Positions 10,921-20,970 of a stretch of DNA of 64,000 bases are shown here, one piece after another. Both the position numbers and the translations under genes were made by a program. Source of the DNA: an uncultured Chloroflexia bacterium (GTDB lineage Bacteria; Chloroflexota; UBA6077; JACCZL01); contig CAVXYC010000015.1 in NCBI GenBank assembly GCA_963765765.1, forward strand, positions 736,001 to 800,000, read 5' to 3'. Below the pieces are notes generated by a model. The model was not told the DNA's origin. It searched no databases and saw only the letters and a list, made by a program, of their open reading frames with translations. Positions within the stretch are counted from its first letter, which is position 1. Every line of letters starts with the position of its first letter.

Positions 10921-12564
10921 CTACTCGCTCTGCATCGCGGCGATCTGGCGAGCCTGACCGATTCTCAAGGCCAAATGCAGCATCAGTCGTGCTTCGGGAT
11001 CGCGCAGGTCGAGTCCCGCCACGGCCTCTATGCGGGTCAAGCGATAGAGCAACGTGTTGCGATGCACGTGTAAGCGCTCAGCCGTGGCCAGCGGGGCGCC
11101 GAGCGTGGCCAAAAAAGCCTCCAGGGTCGGCACTAGCTCGCTGCCGCGCTCGCGATCATAGGTTAGAAGCTTGCCTAACGTGGTTTCGTGGAACGCATCT
11201 AATTCGATCTGCAGCGCCGGGTCACGCGTTGCTGCCAGCAGCAGCCTGAAGAGCCCCAGGTCGGCGTAGGCGTGGATCGAGTCCGAGGATATCTGCTCGC
11301 CCAGCTTGAGCGCTTGTTCCGCTTGACTCATAGAGGCACGGACCGCTTCCACTCCCGATCCGGACATTCCCAGGCCGAATCGAACGGTCTCGTCATCGGC
11401 CTGCATTGTGACCCGCGGAGCCAACTGTTCGAGAAGCTCGCGGGCATGCTTGTCAGATTGGTCGGTAGCGCCAACGGGCACGAGGGCGAGCACATGCGAG
11501 TCACGGACTCGCACCAGGGCCTCGACGTTTGCCTCTCGGAATGTCTGCTCGATGATCGCCGTCAACCCTTCGACCGGCGTTTTCGCCTCGCTCCTTGCCG
11601 CCACCGCGAAGTAGCTCTTGGCGAGGTCCACTCCAAGTCTCTTGGCGCGCGAAAGAATGGTGACATCGTCCTCCGTCGTCGAAGAAAGGATGTTCTCGAC
11701 GATATCGCCTTCGGCAGAGTCGAGCGCCGACCGATGCGCATCTTGTCGTGCGAGCTCGATCGCGCAGGCGTGAGCCGCCGCCGCCAGGGCATTACGGTCA
11801 GCCTCGTTAACTGTGCGCGGAGGAGCGATGATCGACAGCGCACCCACCGGACCTCGTCCGTCGCGCACCGGCACGACGTAGCGGTCGAGCTCGTGATCGG
11901 GAGTGGAGAATCGGCCAAGATCTGAATCGTCCGGACGTGACGAGATGTCACGGAGCCACGACGTCACGTGCGGGTCGGTGACTGCCAGGGCACGTTGAAC
12001 GGATGCCGCGTCGGCCAGACCGTAACGCGTGGCCCGTACAATCGGCTCGATATCAGGCGCTTGTAACACCACCGGCTTTCCGGTACGTCGCGCCAGAGTC
12101 TGTACGAGTACGTCGAAGCCATGACCGGAGAGAGCCAGATTTGAAAACTCACGCTCCAGCTCCCGTGCCCGCTGGTTTGAAACCTGGCGGGAATCGAGCA
12201 AAGCGCGCTGAATCGAGCGCTCGAGTGACTCCAGATCCGTGTTGGACGGAAGCTGTAAGAGCGGCTGCCCAAGCGCCTCGGCCCGCTCTGACGCGGCCCG
12301 ATCCACTTCTCCGAGTACCGCGATGGCACTTACTAATGGCTGCAGCTGCTCAACTGCGCGCGCCAGGGTCAATGATGTATCAAGCGCACGGAGGACGCCG
12401 AGGGAAAGAAGGACGATCTCCCGACCGCGTAAACTTCCGAGTCCTGGAGCCCTCGCTCGCAAGGCCGTGGCCCACGAGACTTCTCGGCCAAGATAGTCGG
12501 CTCCGGCCAGAACGGCAGTGCCGTCGGGGAGCTCAGTCTGGAGCAGGTCCGTAATCGTCAGCAC
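10921..12564 (-). CDS. PucR/CdaR-family transcriptional regulator
   Basis: N-terminal PucR domain (LAGADYLGREVSW), central GAF/GGDEF-like region, C-terminal HTH TAERLHVHRNTLLYRL. Confidence 0.9.
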   Translation of the reverse strand: MLTITDLLQTELPDGTAVLAGADYLGREVSWATALRARAPGLGSLRGREIVLLSLGVLRALDTSLTLARAVEQLQPLVSAIAVLGEVDRAASERAEALGQPLLQLPSNTDLESLERSIQRALLDSRQVSNQRARELEREFSNLALSGHGFDVLVQTLARRTGKPVVLQAPDIEPIVRATRYGLADAASVQRALAVTDPHVTSWLRDISSRPDDSDLGRFSTPDHELDRYVVPVRDGRGPVGALSIIAPPRTVNEADRNALAAAAHACAIELARQDAHRSALDSAEGDIVENILSSTTEDDVTILSRAKRLGVDLAKSYFAVAARSEAKTPVEGLTAIIEQTFREANVEALVRVRDSHVLALVPVGATDQSDKHARELLEQLAPRVTMQADDETVRFGLGMSGSGVEAVRASMSQAEQALKLGEQISSDSIHAYADLGLFRLLLAATRDPALQIELDAFHETTLGKLLTYDRERGSELVPTLEAFLATLGAPLATAERLHVHRNTLLYRLTRIEAVAGLDLRDPEARLMLHLALRIGQARQIAAMQSE

Positions 12565-12705
12565 GGCGGGCGGCCTGATCTATGCAGTTCGACCACAGGG
12601 AAAAATTGACTCCTCTTTTCCATGCGCCGTTGCAGGTGAACCAAGCATAAAGCACGAAGCGGGACGGTTCTGAGGTCGAAATCAACGGAAGTCCTCGGGG
12701 ACTGT

Positions 12706-12720
12706 TGTGCAGAGTGCACA
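12706..12720. promoter_or_regulatory. Palindromic operator candidate TGTGCA-GAG-TGCACA upstream of the PucR gene
   Basis: Perfect 6-bp inverted repeat in the divergent pucR/dcd intergenic region. Resembles the TTGT-N-ACAA style sites of the PucR/CdaR family. Confidence 0.45.
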
Positions 12721-12831
12721 GTTTCAATTGGACGATTGGCCCGTCTAAAACCGCTGTCCGGGCGCATCCTCTGTATCATGGCTCTGAACTGATTCGACCC
12801 TACTTGGATGGAAGGAACGGGCTAAGGACTG

Positions 12832-13989
12832 ATGGGCGCGCAGAGCTTTTCGCTCTTTCCGGAGCTGGAACGCGACATCCAGCACTTCCACACCACCGGG
12901 ATCGTGCCGTATCAGGGACTCAGGGACTTGATCGAACGCGGTGTTATCCGTGCTGCTGAGCCCATCACAGAAGTCCAGCTCCAGCCAGCAAGTCTCGATT
13001 TGCGGCTTGGCCCCGTCGGCTACCAGGTCAGGGCGAGCTTCTTGCCAACCGAGGCTTCCACCGTGGCCAGTCGCGTGGAACAGCTCAAGGTAGCGGAGCT
13101 GGATCTCACTGAGCCCACAATCCTCGAGCGGGGCAAGGTTTACATCATCCCGCTCATGGAAGAGTTGGCACTTCCGCCGGGAATGATCGGCAAGACGAAT
13201 CCTAAGAGCACGATCGGCCGTCTGGATGCATTCACGCGCCTGCTCACCGATTATGCCGGCGAGTTCGAGCGCGTGCCGCGTGGCTACAAGGGAAAGCTCT
13301 ACGTGGAGGTCGCGCCGCGTGCCTTCAGCGTGATCGTTCACCAGGGCTCGCGGCTGAACCAGCTACGAATCATGCGCGGGAATCCGCCACCTTCCGATAC
13401 CGCCCTCAACGCGCTCAACGACGCGGAGACTCTCGTTTATCTCGGAGACGACGAACCGGGCCAGGCAGTCATCTCGCGCGGGCTCTGGATCTCCGTGAAT
13501 CTGCTGCCGACCGATGAAAACGAGATTGTGGGCTACATGGCTCGCCACGGCACACCGCCAGTTGACCTCGACCTGGTAGGGGCGTATGACGCCGCGGAGT
13601 TCTGGGAGCCAGTGCGCAAACCCGATCGCGGGGAGATCATCCTTGAGCCCGGGGACTTCTATATCCTGGCGTCTGTTGAACGGATCCGCGTTCCCCCAAG
13701 CTTTGCTGCCGAGATGGTGGGGTACGACCCATCGGTCGGCGAGTTCCGACTCCACTACGCCGGCTTCTTCGATCCTGGATTCGGATATGGCGAGGACGAC
13801 GTCAAGGGGACGCGAGCGGTGCTCGAAGTGAGATCGCACGAGGTTCCTTTTCTCATGCGGCACGGGCAGAGAGTTGGGCGTCTCATTTACGAGCGACTCA
13901 CGGCCGTGCCAGAGAAGATCTACGGACTCTCAATCGGGTCGTCCTACCAGCGCCAGGAGCTTGCGCTGAGCAAGCAATTCAAGCGCTGA
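12832..13989 (+). CDS. dcd: Long-form dCTP deaminase (two dUTPase-like domains)
   Basis: QPASLDLRL, NPKSTIGRLD, GEFRLHYAGFFDPGFG, VLEVRSHEVPF and SYQRQELALSKQF. Confidence 0.9.
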   Translation: MGAQSFSLFPELERDIQHFHTTGIVPYQGLRDLIERGVIRAAEPITEVQLQPASLDLRLGPVGYQVRASFLPTEASTVASRVEQLKVAELDLTEPTILERGKVYIIPLMEELALPPGMIGKTNPKSTIGRLDAFTRLLTDYAGEFERVPRGYKGKLYVEVAPRAFSVIVHQGSRLNQLRIMRGNPPPSDTALNALNDAETLVYLGDDEPGQAVISRGLWISVNLLPTDENEIVGYMARHGTPPVDLDLVGAYDAAEFWEPVRKPDRGEIILEPGDFYILASVERIRVPPSFAAEMVGYDPSVGEFRLHYAGFFDPGFGYGEDDVKGTRAVLEVRSHEVPFLMRHGQRVGRLIYERLTAVPEKIYGLSIGSSYQRQELALSKQFKR

Positions 13990-14090
13990 CTGTCTCGACT
14001 CGCATCGTACCCTTCCACTTGGACTAAAGCACTCACTACATGCCTTGAATTGCCACGCTCATATGAGATTGCTGGTGATGGACTTGGATC

Positions 14091-14747
14091 TTATTTGAAC
14101 CCAAGCCGCTCAAGACGGATGTCTTCGAGTGATTCAACGATCATCGTCGCGTTTCCCAGCGGTAGGTGCTTCGTGTATGGAGTACGAACGGCGATAACGT
14201 CCATGCCCGCCGCGCGGCCGGACGCAATGCCATTGGGCGAGTCCTCGATGACCAGGCAACGCCCAGGCACCATGCCGAGCTGAGTCGCAGTTAGAAGAAA
14301 TATGTCCGGTGCGGGTTTTCCGTGGGAAACGTCCTCCCCCGAAACGATGATGGGGAAAAACTCACGCACCCCGAGTGCTCGAAGTGTTGCATCGATCCAC
14401 AGCCGTTTGGAAGATGAAGCCAGGGCAAGGGGCGTTGCTCGGGCGCGGAAACTCTCGAGCAGCTCTAGCGATCCTGGGGCAGGAGTAAGCGGCTCGGCCA
14501 GGATGCTCAGGACAGCCTCGTCATACGCTGGCGCATACAGCTCGATGTTATCTTGCAGATTAAATCGCTTGATGAGATACGCCCAGGTCGCCTGGAAGGT
14601 GGTGCCGAGTAACTGCTCGTTCTCTTCTTCGGAAATCTCGAACCCACTTTGAGCAAGTACCTGGTTCAGGGCACGTAAGTGGAGCGGCTCGGTGTCTACC
14701 AGAACACCGTCCATATCGAAGATGACCGCGTGATAAGGGGATGGCAA
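14091..14747 (-). CDS. HAD-superfamily phosphatase (beta-PGM/CbbY-like)
   Basis: FDMDGVLVD, ASSS, KPAPDIF and IEDSPNG. Confidence 0.9.
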   Translation of the reverse strand: MPSPYHAVIFDMDGVLVDTEPLHLRALNQVLAQSGFEISEEENEQLLGTTFQATWAYLIKRFNLQDNIELYAPAYDEAVLSILAEPLTPAPGSLELLESFRARATPLALASSSKRLWIDATLRALGVREFFPIIVSGEDVSHGKPAPDIFLLTATQLGMVPGRCLVIEDSPNGIASGRAAGMDVIAVRTPYTKHLPLGNATMIVESLEDIRLERLGFK

Positions 14748-14864
14748 GCGTACGAATCCTCCGAATTGCGATTCGATCCATCAATCAATCTATCTCACCT
14801 TCCCCGACCGATAGAAGCCACATCAGCACCGTGGCCCGGATTTGTCGCGCCAGCTTGCGGTGAC

Positions 14865-14895
14865 AACAAAAAGGGGCTGGCAGCGAGCCAGCCCC
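14865..14895 (-). terminator. Intrinsic terminator
   Basis: GGGGCTGGC-TCGCT-GCCAGCCCC followed by TTTTTGTT on the minus strand. Confidence 0.75.
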
Positions 14896-15011
14896 GGTGT
14901 TCCTGCGAATGTACCTGGTAGTCAGCGCCTCAATCGCACGTCCGGACGACTCCACTGCCTCGAGAGCAGCGGTCGCCTCCTGGAGTTTCGCTGTGCGCGC
15001 GACGTGACCAC
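14865..15011 (-). ncRNA. Candidate structured ncRNA or leader RNA
   Basis: Extended -10 TGCTACAGT at 15026-15018. The predicted 5' end GUGGUCA pairs with UGACUAC(14924-14918), enclosing nested helices, then the terminator. No Rfam family recognised. Confidence 0.4.
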
Positions 15012-15041
15012 GGGCGCACTGTAGCAGATAATCCTTGTCCT

Positions 15042-15140
15042 TTGGACCGCGGCGGTCTTCGTCGCTCTCCCACGAGGCTGTAGGCCGGCCTGCGTGTCGC
15101 TCCACTCGGGAGGAAAGCGGTGAAGACCGCCGCGGTCCAA
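15042..15140. repeat. REPIN-like inverted doublet (GGAC-type REP)
   Basis: 19-bp perfect inverted repeat TTGGACCGCGGCGGTCTTC (15042-15060 / 15122-15140) with partially paired interior. Confidence 0.65.
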
Positions 15141-15146
15141 GTCAGT

Positions 15147-16543
15147 CTAGTTTCCGCGCACCGGCGGGGCACCGGCAATCGGCCCAACGCCTCTTCGCAC
15201 CATGCGCCGACCCGCATGAGATCGTAGTCGGCCATCGAAGGCGCCACGAGCTGCAGGCCTAGCGGAAGCCCGTCGGCCGATAAGCCACCGTTTACCGTGA
15301 TTGCGGGGTATCCCAAACAGCTCCAGGGTATGAGAAGCGTGGCCTCTCCAGTCGAAGACGTGCCGCGAGGCGCGGGGGCAGGTGCGACCGCCATGAGTAG
15401 TGCATCCACATCGGCGAATGCCATGTGCGCGCTGTTCCATAGATGCTGTCGGATGCGTTGCGCCTGCAAGTAGTAGCTCGCCGGCACGAGACTGGCGGCG
15501 ATATCGCGACCGGTCTCTGGGCCAGAACCGGACTCCGCCATCTTGCGACTTCGAAACGTCAGACCCTCGGCGTTTCCAACCAGCCGGTGCACCATCCAAA
15601 CCATGTCAAAGTCATCCGGCAGCGTCACATCGACGATAGTCGCTCCGGCATCTTTCAGCCGCATCGCCGACTGGTCGATTGCCTCCAGCATGACGCCCTG
15701 CGTCCGCTCGGGAAAGAAATTTCGCACGCGCCCAATACGTGGACGGGGCAGGCTATCGAGCTTCAGATCAGCCGGTGGCGCAGGCTCACTTCGCGAGGTC
15801 GGATCGCGTTGATCGGGTCCACTGAGGAGCGAAAAAACAAGGGCGATGTCATGCATCGTGAGTCCGATGATCCCGACGTGATCGTGTGACCAGGCGAACG
15901 GGTACATCCCGAATCGGCCGATCCGCCCATACGTTGGCTTGAGCGCATCTACACCGCAGAAAGCCGCGGGCCGAAGATTGGATCCGGCTGTTTGCTCTCC
16001 CAGCGCGGCTGGAACCATCCGTGCCCCCACGGCCGCGCCGGATCCGCTACTGGTGCCGCCGGCGCTGTGCTCGAAATTCCACGGATTCCGTGTCGGAGGC
16101 ATCACGCCGTCGATCGGCATATGAGTTTTCCCCATGATGATCGCACCTGCGGCGCGCAGCTTGGCTACGGCCGTGGCGTCAACTGGTCGGGGCGGATCAT
16201 CCGACGCGGCCATATACGTCGGCATTCCAGCGACGTGGAATTCGTCCTTGATGCCAATTGGAATACCGTGGAGGGGTCCAAGAAACTGCCCAGCTTGGGC
16301 CGATCTCGTGAGGTCGGCAGCCTGTCTCAGGACCGTCTCTCGATCGAGGTAGCACCAGGCCTGGATTTCTGATTCGTAACGATCGATCTGGGCAAGACTC
16401 GCCTCGACGAGGTCCATGGGCGTGATCTCGTGATTCGCTATGAGTGTGGACAGCTCCATGAGTGTCAGGGTGTGGAGTGCCTGCGAGGCTGTGCTCATCT
16501 CAGTACTCAATCCTCGGTGAGTGTTGGCCGCATCGTTCGTCAC
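15147..16543 (-). CDS. Amidase signature (GatA-like) enzyme
   Basis: LHGIPIGIKD (Lys), AGGTSSGS and GEQTAGS (Ser-cisSer-Lys triad), GLPLGLQL. The true stop is probably at 15147 after a 1-nt indel. Confidence 0.85.
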
Positions 16544-16722
16544 GGAAACCTTGGCTCCAGTTCATCGGGAAGTACCGTTCGACTGATTGCTGCCATGGCC
16601 TGAGCGGTTGTGGCGAGCGCCTCATCTAGATCGTCTGGCTTGGACGCCAGCTGAAGGTCATCCACCTGACGCTCCAGCCAGGCAAGCGCTTCGTCGCTAC
16701 TAATTGCGGGGTGCAATCGCAT
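16540..16722 (-). CDS. Small (60 aa) acidic protein, GatC/AtzG-like amidase partner
   Basis: AAGGAG RBS, MRLHPAISSDEALAWL...LPDELEPRFP, GTGA overlap with the amidase. Confidence 0.6.
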   Translation of the reverse strand: MRLHPAISSDEALAWLERQVDDLQLASKPDDLDEALATTAQAMAAISRTVLPDELEPRFP

Positions 16723-16996
16723 GGGCTGCTCCTTCGTTTGAATTTGCCGAATTTGTGAGCCCAGTGTAGGGCCTTCGGCTTTGCGCTGCGCACGGATTGC
16801 GACACCGAATTCTGACACCTCGCGGTTGTGCACGCAGCGCGTGGTACCGCTGGGTGTGTGCGTTCGATTTGTTGACCGCACGGCCCAGAGCTATTCAGGC
16901 CTGGCAACCGCACCATATGCGACAATGCGACGTTCGCCCGTCGTGGTCAACTCCGTCCGCGGCATGCAAACAGGGACAACCCGTACGGGTGTGTTG

Positions 16997-18510
16997 ATGA
17001 GTGAAGAACAGTCGGGTGGTCCACCGCCGGCCGAAGTGCACCCCCGCACCCAGGTAATTCGAGGCCGGCTGCCGGGCGACCGCGTGGTACGCAAGCCTAG
17101 GCGGCGGATTCAGCGACTCCGCCGGGCTCTTGGCGTGGCGGCGCTTTTTCGACCGGCTACGGCAACGTCGGCTCATCGATCTACTACGCGCTCGGCGTGA
17201 CCACCCTCTATGCCCTTGGGGCGGCGCCGTTCGCGCTTATGGCCGCGGGCATCTTTTTTATCTTGACGGTATTGAGCTACACGGAAGCCACAGTGGCAGT
17301 GCCTGAGGCCGGCGGCGCCTCCAGCTTTGCCCGACGAGGATTCAATGAGCTCATGAGCTTCTTCGCCGGGTGGGCGACCTTGCTCTCCTACGTCGTCACG
17401 ATCTCGATCTCCGCCTACTCCGCGGTGGGCTACCTGGCGGTGTTCTTCCCGCTCTTTCGTCAGGAAATCTGGGTCACCGGCGGAGCAGTGGTGGCCATTG
17501 CCTTGCTCACCATCCTCAATCTCGTAGGAGTACGAGAAGCCGCCAGATTGAGCGTCATCTTTGCCGTGATCGACCTGCTCGTACAGGTTGCGCTGGTCAT
17601 CGTTGGAAGCGTGCTGGTAGTCAATCTGCCCGATCTACTGAGCCGAATTCAGTGGGGCACCGCTCCAACGTGGTCAGGCTTTATTTACGGCATTAGCGTC
17701 GCTATGGTGGCCTACACCGGTATTGAGACTATCTCCAACATGGCCGAGGAAGCGCGGAATCCGTCACGCAATGTGCCCCGCTCGTACTACCTGCTCATCG
17801 GGGCCGTCCTGGTCCTGTTCTTCGGCATTTCCGTGGTGGCGCTGGGAGCCATGCCTGTCACCTGCGTGAATGGTGAGTGCACGTCGCAGCTCACGTCGAT
17901 GTACCTTGAAGACCCCGTGGCGGGTATCGCCGAGAATTTGCCCGAGCCGTTCAACCATATCTTCGCTCCTATCGTCGGCATTCTAGCCTTCACCATCTTG
18001 CTCATCGCTGCCAATGCCGGTGTCCTGGGCGCGTCACGACTGTCGTTTTCGATGGGGGCGCATCGCCAGATTCCGCCCTTCTTCTACCGAATCCATCCGA
18101 CGCTGCACACGCCATACGTCTCGATTCTGTTCTTTGGAATCGTGGCCGTGCTCCTGGTGATTCCGGGAGATGTGCCCCAGCTAGCCGACGTGTACATCGT
18201 GGGCGCCATGCTGACGTTCACCATGGCGCACCTGGCAGTCGTTGGCATGCGCATCCGCGAGCCGAACCTTGAGCGCCCCTTCAAGCTGCCCTTCAACATC
18301 TGGGTACGTGGGTACGAGATCCCTGTGACACCGTTGATCGGCGGCCTTGCCACGGCCATCGTGTTCATGATGGTGTTTGTCACCCGCGATTTTGGTCGAA
18401 ATGTCGGCCTTGCCTGGATGGTGCTCGGTATCGGCCTCTACATCTGGTACCGTCGAAAGGAGGGCTTGTCCATCTGGCATCCAGCGGAGCGGCTCACTCA
18501 ACACACGTAA
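16997..18510 (+). CDS. APC-family permease (frameshift near 17147)
   Basis: Stitched ALFSTGYGNVGSSIYYALG, PEAGGASSFARRGFN, AYTGIETISNMAEE and about 12 TM segments. No C-terminal USP domain. Confidence 0.85.
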
Positions 18511-18615
18511 CCCTCACCGTCGCCGTCTCCCAAACCTTGCCCCGCGGGGCATAGGGCCATGTGCGGCATCGACGTCGGTACAAGAGCAAGTATCGGGAGC
18601 GACTGGAAGGGCCCA

Positions 18616-20222
18616 ATGACGGCTCCAGCACGCCATCCAGACTCCTGGCGATTTTAGCCGAGACCGCCTTTACTCCCTGAATCAAGCAGCGGCGGGCGCA
18701 ATCGCTGCCGTCGCGGTCACAACGCTTCTTGTTGCCTGGCTGCGGAGTCAAACCGACGTCGTGGATGTCAGCTCCGTTTACGTCCTGGCGGTGCTTGCGG
18801 TTGGAAGTGTGGCCGGGCGCCTGTCAGCTTTCCTGGCCGCGATTCTCTCGTTTCTCGCCGTGAATTACTTTTTCGTTGAGCCGATTCTCACCCTGCACGT
18901 CGCAAATCCGAGGGAATGGCTCACGCTGACGATCCTGCTCGTCACGGCCGGCATATCTGGTCAGTTGACGGCGACCTTGCGTGATCGCGCACGGGAGGCC
19001 GAGCGGCGACGCGCTGAAGTCTCCTTTCTCTATGAGCTCGGTCAGCTCCTCGGGAGAGAAGGTCCATTGGAGACCGAATTGCCGAAGGCGTTGCGTGCCT
19101 GGCGGAGATGAGCAAACTACCGCGGGAACAAGTGCAGTCATGTTGGATGACGAACATACAGGGGAGCACGAAGCCGACTGGAGCCGTAGAGCCAGTTTCC
19201 AGCTGAGCTGAGCGCCCTTCAGCTTAAAGCGCTCGAGCAGGGTCGACTGGTAAGCACTGGTTGGCAGCTGAACAATGACAGTTGGACGTTGCTGATTCCG
19301 CTCAGATATCGACGGTGTGCCACACGAAGGCCGGCTCTGGGTGCCATTGTTGGTGGGGCGTACACGCGTTGGGATGCTCGTTCTGGATAACTTCCCCCTC
19401 CACGATGCACTCAGGCCGGATGGGCGCAGCCTTATTCAGGCTGCCGCGACGCTGTTTGCTCAGACTATCGAACGTGACCGCCTCTCACAGATTGCAACCG
19501 AAGCTGAGGTGCTGCGGCGAGCCGATGCACTGAAGAGCGCTCTTCTCTCGTCAGTCTCTCACGATCTTCGCACCCCAATCGCCTCAATAAAGGCCTCGGT
19601 AAGCGCGCTCCTGGATTCGGGGAGCCGCCTTGAAAATGAGGATCGTATTGAGCTCCTGGTAGGTGTGAGCGAAGAAACTGATCGACTTACTCGCTTCGTG
19701 ACGCATCTTCTCCAACTTTCGCGGTTGGAATCTGGTGCCCTGGCTCCGCAAGCCGAATGGTATGAGATCAGTGAGATCATCTGGGAGGTTATTGATGCAC
19801 TTGATCCTTCGGAGGCCTCGCTTCGCCTGCAAATTCCGCCCAATTTCGGGCTCGTGCATGTGGACTACGTCATGGTGGTGCAGATTCTCACTAATCTTGT
19901 GGAGAATGCTTTGCGCTATTCCCACGAACAGAGCCCAGTGGACGTCATTGTTGAGTCAGAGCCAGACAGTTGGCGCGTGCTTGTCATGGACCGCGGCCCG
20001 GGCGTGCCCGAAGTCGATCGGGAGCATATCTTCGAGAAATTCTTCCGATCCCCGTCAGTTGCTCCGGGAGGCACTGGGGTGGGGCTGGCAGTGGCCCAAG
20101 GACTTGCGCGGGCACACAAGGGTGACGTTCGATATGAGCCACGAATGGGTGATGGAGGATGCTTCGTCCTCGAGCTCCCACTAACTACCCGCCCAACGAG
20201 TCCATTGACTGATGGCCGGTGA
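18616..20222 (+). CDS. KdpD-like sensor histidine kinase (DUF4118-GAF-HisKA-HATPase), lacking the N-terminal KdpD and USP domains; several indels
   Basis: FLAVNYFFVEP DUF4118 motif, KSALLSSVSHDLRTP, NLVENA, DRGPG and GTGVGLAV. GGAAGG RBS before the ATG at 18616. Confidence 0.8.
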
Positions 20223-20904
20223 GCGAATCCTCATCGTCGACGACGAGCCTCGGATCTGCCGGGCGTTGCGAGCCGGCCTGAGCGGGCGAGACTACGTCGT
20301 TGACGTTGCCACAACCGGCGGCGAGGCGCTTGACATGATTGCGATTCGTTCACCTGACCTTGTCATCCTTGACTTGATGCTTCCGGACATGAGCGGGCTC
20401 GAGGTATGTAGCGAGATTCGTTCCTGGGGTCACCTTCCTATCATCGTGCTCTCGGCGAAGGGAGCTGAGGGTGACAAGGTCGATGCGCTAGATCTGGGCG
20501 CAAACGATTACCTGACCAAGCCATTCGGTATGGAAGAGCTCCTGGCCAGAGTGCGAGTGGCGTTGCGCCTAACAGCCGGACCACCGCCCCCCTCCGTTAT
20601 CCAGATTGGCGACCTCGTGCTCGATCAGCCGCGCCACCAGGTCGCCAGAGCTGGTGAACCGGTCCACTTAACGCCAACCGAGTATGAGCTCCTACGCTAT
20701 CTAATGTTGAACGCGGGAAAGGTCGTCACTCACCGCGCGCTCCTTCAAGCGGTGTGGGGCGAGGCGTGGGCGGAGGCATCGCCCACGCTAAGGGTCTTTG
20801 TGGCTCAGGTTCGGCGCAAGATCGAGCCCGACCGGGCCCGACCGGTCTACATTCGCACGGAATCAGGAATAGGCTATCGTTTCAAGCTCCCTGACGGTTC
20901 CTAA
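20212..20904 (+). CDS. kdpE: KdpE-like OmpR-family response regulator
   Basis: ILIVDDE, LDLMLPD, KVDALDLGANDYLTKPF, GKVVTHRALL, LRVFVAQVRRKIE and TESGIGYR. Confidence 0.85.
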   Translation: MAGERILIVDDEPRICRALRAGLSGRDYVVDVATTGGEALDMIAIRSPDLVILDLMLPDMSGLEVCSEIRSWGHLPIIVLSAKGAEGDKVDALDLGANDYLTKPFGMEELLARVRVALRLTAGPPPPSVIQIGDLVLDQPRHQVARAGEPVHLTPTEYELLRYLMLNAGKVVTHRALLQAVWGEAWAEASPTLRVFVAQVRRKIEPDRARPVYIRTESGIGYRFKLPDGS

Positions 20905-20965
20905 CAACATCCAAACGTACCATAGGCTGACCCTTACAAATTCCAAAGCATGACCTTCCTAGCAT
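20900..20965 (+). promoter_or_regulatory. Tandem OmpR/KdpE-type boxes plus -10 element
   Basis: CCTAAC(20900), CCAAAC(20911), CCTTAC(20932) and CCAAAG(20943) in about 11-bp phase; TAGCAT at 20960. Confidence 0.45.
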
Positions 20966-20970
20966 GAGGT

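Noticed and set aside
14930-15146. Extended amidase C-terminus
   Set aside because: It runs through a REPIN and the structured RNA candidate. A 1-nt correction gives a stop at 15147.
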